DNA of 49,574 nt. Origin: a virus (Duplodnaviria; Caudoviricetes). The notes beneath the pieces are model-generated. The model saw only the letters and a list, made by a program, of their open reading frames with translations. It ran no database searches and had not been told where the DNA came from. The stretch's first letter is position 1, and each line of letters starts with the position of its first letter. Below are positions 29,064 to 36,430 of this stretch, piece after piece. The stretch is taken from positions 1-49,574 of the IMG/VR virus record IMGVR_UViG_3300016476_000279. One strand, given 5' to 3'. The translations under genes and the position numbers were made by a program.

Positions 29064-30948
29064 ACCAGTTTTTTCCTATCTTACCTTGTCCTAGATGTGG
29101 ACAAGGAATCTTGTAAAATTCTCCAGCCCAAGCAATAGCTTTCTCGGAGATTTGTTTAACATGCTCTGCTATTTCTGTCCTGCATTCGATTGTAAATTCA
29201 TCGTGATACCAGCAGACAAATCCATAATCTTTTCCGTACACATAGCCAGCCCTTTCCATATCTTTATTAGCTTTATTGTATGCAGCCTGCATCATAATAG
29301 CTTCGTCAGACTGTAACAAATAAACCAATACTTGATGTTCACTAGGAACGACTATAGGACGGCCATCAAGACCAGTAATATATCCATCGTAAAATTCCAT
29401 ACGATTGAATTTAGCGTTATAGCGTTGCTTAGCGTTACTTCTCCATTCCCTGTTTACCCTTTCCAATAACGATCCCAATGCAGGGAGTCCCTTAAGGAAT
29501 TGTTCTTTAAGACGCTTACCATCCGACGATGTTCCTTTGACAATCTTTCCAATTTTTGCATCTCCTGCTCCAAATAGGAAACCGTAGAAGAAAGTTTTTG
29601 CATCGTCTCTATTAGGCAATCCAGCCGCTCGCATATTGACTGAGTGGATGTCTGTTCCATCTTCTTTCTTTCCATTAAGTACGTTGTCAGTATAAACAGG
29701 ATCGTTCATACGTCCACATAGCATACGAATCTGACAGGCATCTGAGTCAGTCCCGACAAGAGTATACCCTTCTCTGGACGTAAAAATCTTTCTCATCTGC
29801 TTACCGTAAAAGCTTTTAGCTTGCGGTATGTTTACGATGTTTCTGTGGGTTGCTCTGCCTGTAGCGGCAATTGTATTAATCACTGATGCAATTCTACCGT
29901 CTTTTCTGACAAGCTCCATAAGACCTGCAATGATGCTTCTACGTTGACGGATCTGGACGCGTCTCGCAACAAGCCGTCCAACCTTACCGTTAATTCCGTC
30001 AAAAGGATCATCCTTTGATAATTTAGGGCTAGTTCTTTCTCCGTCATCATTGGTGTTCCATTCGAGGGGTTCCCACCCTTCTTTGAGAAGATATTCCTTA
30101 GTTTCGGCATTGCTGTTTAGGTCAATAGTTCGAAAAGAGATGCGGCTAAAAGAGCCACAAATGGCATTGCTGTCAGGGCTAATACCAGCAGAAGCATACC
30201 ACCTGAGACTAGCTTCCGAATACTTACCGCTTTTGAGGAATGGTTTTTTGATGTAATTGTATTCACCCTTTGTTTTTGATTCTTCTATTTCTATTGTTAA
30301 GGGGAGATTGGGAACAAGAACTTTATCAATTCGTTTTAACCAGTGATCTAGTTGAGAGATACATTTCTTCATATACTCCTGATCTACTAGCCATCCGTAT
30401 TCTTCTTGCTTTTGTAAGTTCTCAAAGAGACGGAACGAAAGAAGAAAAGCATCTTTCCATTTCTTTCCCTTTGCTTCCTTAATAAGCTCGTTATAAACTA
30501 AGTGTAAAATCTCTACATCTTCAGTACAACGGTGAAGCATTGCTTCAGAGAATACCTCCCAATCATTATGTTCAGGCTTGCCCCTCCCCACCCTGTATCC
30601 CCAAGCTTGTATAGAATGAGGTGCTACTCTTTTATCAAGGCAGTTAAAGGGAACTATTCGTTTAGGATTTAATATCCTAGACATAATGAGTGTATCTACT
30701 TTCTTCCCGTGGTATTCCCACTTGAATAATTTCTTTAGCAACGGAAAGTCATATCCAATTCCGTTATGTGAAATCAATACGTCGAAAGATTGTAAATAAT
30801 CAAGAAGCTGTTTAATATAGTCAGCTCCTTCCCAAGGCCAAAACTTCCTAATCTCTCCTGAATTTTTATCTTTAACTACGCAGCAATGTAGCTTAGTAGC
30901 GGTGTCTAATAGACCGTTGGCTTCAAGATCGAATAGTCCTATTCGCAT
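29050..30948 (-). CDS. polA: Family A DNA polymerase with 3'-5' exonuclease
   Basis: FDLEANG, HNGIGYD, TGRATH, motif A DSDACQIR, motif B AKTFFYGFLFG, motif C HDE. Confidence 0.93.
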   Translation of the reverse strand: MRIGLFDLEANGLLDTATKLHCCVVKDKNSGEIRKFWPWEGADYIKQLLDYLQSFDVLISHNGIGYDFPLLKKLFKWEYHGKKVDTLIMSRILNPKRIVPFNCLDKRVAPHSIQAWGYRVGRGKPEHNDWEVFSEAMLHRCTEDVEILHLVYNELIKEAKGKKWKDAFLLSFRLFENLQKQEEYGWLVDQEYMKKCISQLDHWLKRIDKVLVPNLPLTIEIEESKTKGEYNYIKKPFLKSGKYSEASLRWYASAGISPDSNAICGSFSRISFRTIDLNSNAETKEYLLKEGWEPLEWNTNDDGERTSPKLSKDDPFDGINGKVGRLVARRVQIRQRRSIIAGLMELVRKDGRIASVINTIAATGRATHRNIVNIPQAKSFYGKQMRKIFTSREGYTLVGTDSDACQIRMLCGRMNDPVYTDNVLNGKKEDGTDIHSVNMRAAGLPNRDDAKTFFYGFLFGAGDAKIGKIVKGTSSDGKRLKEQFLKGLPALGSLLERVNREWRSNAKQRYNAKFNRMEFYDGYITGLDGRPIVVPSEHQVLVYLLQSDEAIMMQAAYNKANKDMERAGYVYGKDYGFVCWYHDEFTIECRTEIAEHVKQISEKAIAWAGEFYKIPCPHLGQGKIGKNWYEIH

Positions 30949-31175
30949 CAGTCTGATTTGATAATATCTTTAATCATTGCCTTCTCTTTCATCTTCTCCA
31001 AATTCTTTTCTGTATAGATATTTGTGAGAGTTTTACCAAAGTTACCATACCCGAACTTACGTGTACGTCTAGACTTCTTAGGAGTGCTTTTGTCAGACCA
31101 ATAATGTCCGTCATATCCCGCCACAAGTGCGGCAGTGCCTCCAATTGCAATTAGAATTTGTTGTGCTTTATTCAT
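30948..31175 (-). CDS. Hypothetical protein
   Basis: 75 aa ORF overlapping its neighbours. Confidence 0.55.
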   Translation of the reverse strand: MNKAQQILIAIGGTAALVAGYDGHYWSDKSTPKKSRRTRKFGYGNFGKTLTNIYTEKNLEKMKEKAMIKDIIKSD

Positions 31176-31446
31176 TCTCTGCTCTTTTTGTATTGCTAAA
31201 TTCCGACTTAATCAAGTTGGCTGCCGCTAGCCAATAATTATGATTTCCTTCTGCTGCTTGATGTTGGATCAAAAGAGTATTAACAATGTTTTCTATTAAA
31301 AACTCTGCATGCTCTTCTATGTTCTTCATTTGTTTTATTTTTTCATCTTCTCTTGTAAGCTCCATAACTCTTAGTAAGCTTATTAATGAAGCCTCTGACC
31401 ATTCACACTCTCCATATACTTCTGTAAGGATATCAAGCCTGCCCAT
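31168..31446 (-). CDS. Hypothetical protein
   Basis: 92 aa ORF overlapping its neighbours. Confidence 0.55.
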   Translation of the reverse strand: MGRLDILTEVYGECEWSEASLISLLRVMELTREDEKIKQMKNIEEHAEFLIENIVNTLLIQHQAAEGNHNYWLAAANLIKSEFSNTKRAENE

Positions 31447-31789
31447 TATTCTTTTCTTTCAATTTGGCTTCAATGGCGCGGGCAATTTTTATCGGCTCGT
31501 AATCGGACTTCCATATAAGGTCTGCTTTTTCCTCATCCGTCAGAGATTGCCATTCGCGCTGTGGTGGGGTGGTGTAAATCAAATCACCTTTCTTTACAGC
31601 GGAGCTTTTAAACCCACAATATTCACCTAATTTGCTTGTAACTTTGTACGCCACCGGCTCCGGCTCACCCTGCGCTAGTCTGGCGCGGAGGGATTCAATT
31701 GTTTTGTCGCGTCGCTGGTCAGTAAGGTGCTTCTTAGATTCCTCCAACGCATCCAGCGCCATCTGCATTACTTCTTTATCCGTTGTCAT
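31433..31789 (-). CDS. Hypothetical phage protein (EPVA...YTTPPQREWQSLTDEE type)
   Basis: Recognisable motif set of small accessory phage proteins; AGGAG RBS. Confidence 0.7.
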   Translation of the reverse strand: MTTDKEVMQMALDALEESKKHLTDQRRDKTIESLRARLAQGEPEPVAYKVTSKLGEYCGFKSSAVKKGDLIYTTPPQREWQSLTDEEKADLIWKSDYEPIKIARAIEAKLKEKNNGQA

Positions 31790-32159
31790 TGTTCTCTCCT
31801 ACCGGCTCGTACGTCATCTCAAATATGTCAGGCTTGCAGGGGTAATGCTCGCCCTTCACGCCGGTAATAATCCAGTCGCCGGGGCAGACGATGTGGCCGC
31901 CCTCAAGCGTGTCGATCCAGCCGTGGTTGTGCATGATCTGAGTGCAGTGTTCGCAGGGCTTTTCGCCGGGTATTAAGGGGCTGCGGAAGTAGCGAACGAT
32001 GTCGCCTTCCCACTGTTTCTCACGCCGCTCTGCCGCAGGAAAGGTACGTATGGTTTGTCCATCAAACCCCGTGTGATCCTTGCTGTAATCAAGAGGATGG
32101 TCGCCATTCTTAAACCACCTCGTTGCTTCGATAACGACAGGTTTTTTATGAAATTTCAT
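31776..32159 (-). CDS. Conserved phage protein (KKPVVIEA...TLEG...PGDWII...YPCKPDIF family)
   Basis: Widespread phage family motifs; function not known to me. Confidence 0.8.
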   Translation of the reverse strand: MKFHKKPVVIEATRWFKNGDHPLDYSKDHTGFDGQTIRTFPAAERREKQWEGDIVRYFRSPLIPGEKPCEHCTQIMHNHGWIDTLEGGHIVCPGDWIITGVKGEHYPCKPDIFEMTYEPVGENNDNG

Positions 32160-32386
32160 TGTTCTCTCCTTGCGCGGATAGCGGCGCTCACATCGTTCTC
32201 AGGCATCTTCAAAATCCATGCAGCAATCGCGTCACAAGCCTCATTCTCATCCTTGCGACCTGCTTCATAGGCGAGGGTGGCAACACTTTCTAAGTTGACG
32301 ATATGCCCCGCCCAAACATCACGAGCATGAGATTGCATATAAGATTCCCGCGCCCATGTGATGACTTGCTCTTGTGTTGGTTTCAT
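32156..32386 (-). CDS. Hypothetical phage protein
   Basis: GAGGG RBS; ENEAC...AAIRAR motif. Confidence 0.65.
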   Translation of the reverse strand: MKPTQEQVITWARESYMQSHARDVWAGHIVNLESVATLAYEAGRKDENEACDAIAAWILKMPENDVSAAIRARREQ

Positions 32387-32395
32387 AATTCCCTC

Positions 32396-32848
32396 TTAAC
32401 GAAATACAACAAGCGCAGATGGAAACGGGGCAGAGTTTTTACTGCCGCCAAACTTTAACCGACCGCGAATAAAAGTAACAATCCCGTACTGCGCATAGTC
32501 ATGCCACCATGCCGTATCGGTTCTTGCTGGAACAAGACAAACAACTATTGTTCCGTTACCTGCGGATTCTTTCGCTTTCTTCATCCACTTGCCTATTTCT
32601 CTACCGTAGGGCGGGTTCATCCAACATTTACCCGTCCATGTTTGCGCTAACCCGTCCATCTGCTTATCAAAATACTTATCGCATTTTGCGTTGCTTGCAT
32701 CGGCGCAAACATCAACATCAAACTTGCCATATTGTTTTTCGCAAGCGTCAAAGAAGTCTTGCGGTGTCGCCCACTGGTCGGTAGTGCTGGTCAGCAGCCC
32801 CTTATTTATTTTGCTTGTTGCGATAACTTGCTCTTGTGTTGGCTTCAT
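32396..32848 (-). CDS. dam: Phage N6-adenine DNA methyltransferase
   Basis: DQWATPQ, FDVDVCA, WMNPPYG, LVPARTDTAWW, GRLKF and APFPS. Confidence 0.92.
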   Translation of the reverse strand: MKPTQEQVIATSKINKGLLTSTTDQWATPQDFFDACEKQYGKFDVDVCADASNAKCDKYFDKQMDGLAQTWTGKCWMNPPYGREIGKWMKKAKESAGNGTIVVCLVPARTDTAWWHDYAQYGIVTFIRGRLKFGGSKNSAPFPSALVVFR

Positions 32849-33018
32849 ATCTTACCTCGTATAACATCTTCTACTGTCTTAACCAATAAGGTTAATTGTT
32901 CAGGATAGTAATAGTATAAATTACCACAAGTGCGAACAGATAAATCTTCTATTTGTTCTTGAGTGAGCCTATTAGGAGGAGGGAGTTCCTCCTCTCTAAA
33001 CAGATTTTGCTGTTTCAT
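32845..33018 (-). CDS. Hypothetical protein (57 aa, not in the ORF track)
   Basis: MKQQNLFREEELPPPNRLTQEQ...; start and stop overlap both neighbours. Confidence 0.55.
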   Translation of the reverse strand: MKQQNLFREEELPPPNRLTQEQIEDLSVRTCGNLYYYYPEQLTLLVKTVEDVIRGKI

Positions 33019-33212
33019 TAAACTCGTGAGAGCTTACGCTTAGGCCACAAGGATTTACGAGGAGCTGCTTTCTTAGCTGCTACTTTCTTTACTGCCAACT
33101 TCTTAGCTGCTGGTTTCTTAGCTGCAATCTTCTTTGCTGCAATTTTCTTAGCTACAGGTTTTTTAGCCAGAAGTTTCTTAGCAGCTACTTTCTTAGGGGC
33201 AATCTTATTCAT
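33018..33212 (-). CDS. Histone H1-like Lys/Ala repeat protein
   Basis: About nine KKx(A/V/L)A-type pentapeptide repeats; ATGA overlap with the sigma gene and AAGGA RBS. Confidence 0.75.
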   Translation of the reverse strand: MNKIAPKKVAAKKLLAKKPVAKKIAAKKIAAKKPAAKKLAVKKVAAKKAAPRKSLWPKRKLSRV

Positions 33213-33679
33213 TTGTACAAATCCTTGAGTTCATTGATAAAGCGATTAATCATCTTATGTACTGCTTTATAATTGTGTTCCGTAATACGGCTAATATCTT
33301 TGGCAGTATAGCCGTTGTCGAAATAGAGATGTAATATCTCTTGTTGATATAATGATTTTGTATCAATTAGTTCACGTATTTCGAAACACACTTGTTGACT
33401 ATATTGATTACACGGCAGCCCTTCTGCTAGTTCTTCTTCAAACTCAACATCAGAAACATGCCCTAATTGTGCGCTCTTATAGTCCTTTAACGTATTATTC
33501 AGAATTGTACGGAACCATCTGTCAAAGTTAGTTCCGTCAAATCCTTTATAATATTTTAAAGCCCAGTAGTATGCGTCATGCAATACATCTTCCGCATCCC
33601 ATTCTGTTCCTGCCCTAAACGTAAGAAGCTTTAGATACTTACGATAGTTATCTCGATAATGCTGCTCAACAATATCCAT
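33209..33679 (-). CDS. Phage-encoded ECF-like sigma factor
   Basis: Region 2 DAEDVLHDAY...FDRWFRTILNN; region 4 HTH QQEILHLYFDNGYTAKDISRIT. Confidence 0.85.
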   Translation of the reverse strand: MDIVEQHYRDNYRKYLKLLTFRAGTEWDAEDVLHDAYYWALKYYKGFDGTNFDRWFRTILNNTLKDYKSAQLGHVSDVEFEEELAEGLPCNQYSQQVCFEIRELIDTKSLYQQEILHLYFDNGYTAKDISRITEHNYKAVHKMINRFINELKDLYK

Positions 33680-35307
33680 CAGTTAATCTCATTAAAGAGT
33701 CCTGTAGTGTTATCCCAATACAGTTTAAATCTTCCTGTCTCGCCGTATTCACGATCTTCCAATAATACTAGCGTTCGTAGGTTTCGTTCTTCCGGTGACA
33801 AATGAGGATCTCTGTTTCCCTCAAGGCCAAGCATAAGATTACAAGATCTAGCCATAGCCCTGCTGCCAGCAAACTGACTTGAGAGAACTTCACCTCCCCG
33901 CTCATGAGGAGCACCAGAGTCAGGATTCCGTAAATGACAAAAGATAAAAATGACAATATTGAGATCGAGAGCCATAGCTGATAACTCTTGAGCAATCTCT
34001 TGAAGTTTTGTGTTTGCACTAGCTGCATCCATTCCGTTAGTTAAATTGGTAATAGGATCAATCATTACAGCTTTACAACCATCTAGTGCAGCTTCTCGTA
34101 TATCAGCTTTGAGAGTGTCCCATCCAACATGTTGATAAAGATTTAAGAGGGTGAGCTTTCCTCGTAGCGTTTGACCAGCCAAATCGTAGGACGCTTCATC
34201 AAACGGCTTGGTCGGATCGTGAAAGAATTTCCCCGCGAGCTTACCAGCGACAAGCTTATATGTCTTCTTGTTACTTTCCTCCGGTTTGACAAGAAACACC
34301 TTCCAGCCATGCTCTTTAATAAAGTGCGCCGCAAGTGTATTAACAACTTCGCTTTTGCCTTGTTTTTGACCCGCCCCAATATAAATGGTTTCCCCAAGAC
34401 GAATGCCTCTGGTGGCTTTAGTAATATGCTCCCACGGCCACGATACACCAAATACGGGCGCTTCCTTAGCTTCCTCATGTAAATCATCTCCGTATATAAG
34501 ACGACTATTCTTAGGCTTCTTAGCGTTAAACTGACATGCGTTATAGCAAGCTTTAATCCTGCCTTGCATTAGGCATTCGTTAACATCTTTAGCAGGAAGC
34601 GTAGCCACTACAGCATCTGGGATTACCAACATGGTAGCCTCTACAGCTTTTCGTCCCGCCTCGTCTTGATCGAATACTAACACAATTTCTTTGAAGAATT
34701 CTCTGATTTGTTTAAGATGCTTGGCGAGATCTCTAGGGGCACTCCCAGCTCCATGCGCCAAGGAAACAACAGCAGGATTGAAGTCTTCATAAGGAGTTCC
34801 TTTATTGGTATCCTTAAATATTTGGAAGAGACTTACAGCGTCTAACTCCCCTTCGGTAATGAAAAGTTTCTTACCACCGGCTTTTATGGCTTGTTCCCAG
34901 CCGAACAGATCTACGTCTTTCTGTTCACCTACGCTCCACATCTTTTTGTTATAAATCAATCGACATTTATAACCCTTAAGCTCACCGTCCTTATAATAAG
35001 GATAGTAGTGAGTTGTTGGCGTAGTTCCATCTGTTTCAGCCACTCCTATCTTAACCCCGAAGTAGTTAAGATATTCCTTCTTGAGCCTACGATCAGGCAA
35101 GTCCCTTGCTTCGAACTCACTGATTTCTGCAATCTCTTGTTGGATTTGTTCCGGTGTTTTCCGTATTACAGTTGGTTTGTATCCCTCAGGTTTATCTTTG
35201 TATGGATCAGCAATATATACACCTTCTGCGAAATCGTACGCATCATATGTACCATCCTCTTTCTGAAAGATTTGTATAGACCCTATCTTTTCTACGCAAC
35301 GTCCGAT
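33679..35307 (-). CDS. Primase-helicase (TOPRIM plus SF4 helicase); proposed ATC start at 35307
   Basis: ITEGELD, FDQDEAG, GAGQKQGKS, IDPIT, CHLR and FAGSR. The frame stays open upstream of the TTG at 35100; GGAGGA precedes ATC-GGA-CGT-TGC. The product call is firm, the start is inferred. Confidence 0.88.
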   Translation of the reverse strand: MGRCVEKIGSIQIFQKEDGTYDAYDFAEGVYIADPYKDKPEGYKPTVIRKTPEQIQQEIAEISEFEARDLPDRRLKKEYLNYFGVKIGVAETDGTTPTTHYYPYYKDGELKGYKCRLIYNKKMWSVGEQKDVDLFGWEQAIKAGGKKLFITEGELDAVSLFQIFKDTNKGTPYEDFNPAVVSLAHGAGSAPRDLAKHLKQIREFFKEIVLVFDQDEAGRKAVEATMLVIPDAVVATLPAKDVNECLMQGRIKACYNACQFNAKKPKNSRLIYGDDLHEEAKEAPVFGVSWPWEHITKATRGIRLGETIYIGAGQKQGKSEVVNTLAAHFIKEHGWKVFLVKPEESNKKTYKLVAGKLAGKFFHDPTKPFDEASYDLAGQTLRGKLTLLNLYQHVGWDTLKADIREAALDGCKAVMIDPITNLTNGMDAASANTKLQEIAQELSAMALDLNIVIFIFCHLRNPDSGAPHERGGEVLSSQFAGSRAMARSCNLMLGLEGNRDPHLSPEERNLRTLVLLEDREYGETGRFKLYWDNTTGLFNEIN

Positions 35308-35462
35308 GGCATCCTCCGTAATAGTGCTGGTATTTGTACACTGATAACAGTCTTTTCTACTTTATCAATGAAATGATCGAGAAGATAAATATAATGATGT
35401 TCTCCTTCGTATAGATGATTTATAGCTTTACGAGCTACATCAATGTCTTCTTTTGTAATCAT
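35292..35462 (-). CDS. Hypothetical protein (56 aa, not in the ORF track)
   Basis: MITKEDIDVARKAINHLYEGEHH...; ATGA overlap upstream, and its stop overlaps the proposed primase start. Confidence 0.55.
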   Translation of the reverse strand: MITKEDIDVARKAINHLYEGEHHYIYLLDHFIDKVEKTVISVQIPALLRRMPSDVA

Positions 35463-35650
35463 TGATCTACCCTTTGAGTTCTGTATTCAGATTGAGGGAA
35501 CAATTCTTGATAACGTATTATCTGAGAAACTGCAAGATCTTTACGAGGAAACTTATAGCCCATGTCGTACCACTCGTTTACTGTAGGATTAAACCATTCA
35601 ATAATCCAATAATGATCTTGCATATCTCTTATATCTATTCCGCTAATCAT
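35459..35650 (-). CDS. Hypothetical protein
   Basis: Start placed at the ATGA overlap with the upstream ORF. Confidence 0.55.
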   Translation of the reverse strand: MISGIDIRDMQDHYWIIEWFNPTVNEWYDMGYKFPRKDLAVSQIIRYQELFPQSEYRTQRVDQ

Positions 35651-35838
35651 GGTAGATATTGCCACAATAGTTGAGCAGCAGAGCCTACCATAAGTATGAT
35701 ACCGGAAACGTATAGCATCGCTATTACTGTTTCAAACATAAAAGAACTTTCTCCTTCATCCACAACTTCATCGTCTTCATCAAGAAACAAAGACAACAAA
35801 TAAGAAAGACAAAAGATTGTGAAACCAATTGCAAACAT
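35647..35838 (-). CDS. Small membrane protein with two hydrophobic segments
   Basis: ATG after GGAG; two hydrophobic stretches flank an acidic loop. Confidence 0.55.
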   Translation of the reverse strand: MFAIGFTIFCLSYLLSLFLDEDDEVVDEGESSFMFETVIAMLYVSGIILMVGSAAQLLWQYLP

Positions 35839-35855
35839 ATTTACTCCATGAGTTA

Positions 35856-36362
35856 TTACGTTGAATACCAAACGGGGATATTCCTGCGAGTCCATTTTGC
35901 TAGATGTCCCTTATTAGTACGATAATAGTTGCGATACGATTCCAAAACATCTCCGTCAATCTTGCATTCATCTGGCATTGCTGGAGTTGGAGAGTACCAA
36001 ATATTAGAATGTCTAATATTATCTGGGAGTCTTTTAAGAATCCCTCTAAGTTTTACATCTGTTAAATGTTTCTTACGATAACGATAGGTGTATTCATCAC
36101 ACAAAGAACAGAACAATGAATATAACCACTCATAGTTACATGATGCAGCTCTTGCCCATACAGCGGAAGGATGATTACCATGTGTCGCAGCGTATATAAC
36201 GTCATCATCCCTATCAAGTTTATGTCGCACACCTTTACCGTCTAATAGTCTATGTGCTGTCGAGAGAAGCTGAGCGTACTCCAAGATCATTTTGACAACG
36301 TGTTTATCAACATGAGCCTTAGCGCATTCATCAGTATTATGACAAAGATAAAATATATTCAT
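35856..36362 (-). CDS. Pyrimidine-dimer DNA glycosylase-like protein (DenV-related)
   Basis: MNIFYL...DKHVVKMILEYAQLLSTAH, THGNHPSAVWAR and YRNYY. Confidence 0.75.
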   Translation of the reverse strand: MNIFYLCHNTDECAKAHVDKHVVKMILEYAQLLSTAHRLLDGKGVRHKLDRDDDVIYAATHGNHPSAVWARAASCNYEWLYSLFCSLCDEYTYRYRKKHLTDVKLRGILKRLPDNIRHSNIWYSPTPAMPDECKIDGDVLESYRNYYRTNKGHLAKWTRRNIPVWYST

Positions 36363-36390
36363 GTCCTGTTCTTTCAGTGGGAACTAACTA

Positions 36391-36418
36391 ATACCCTTAA
36401 ACAAACCAAAAGTAGACA
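36391..36418 (-). promoter_or_regulatory. Candidate phage-sigma promoter, copy 2
   Basis: The minus strand reads TGTCTAC-TTTTGGTTTGTTTAA-GGGTAT in the gap upstream of the replication genes. Confidence 0.75.
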
Positions 36419-36430
36419 ATTACCTTTTAG

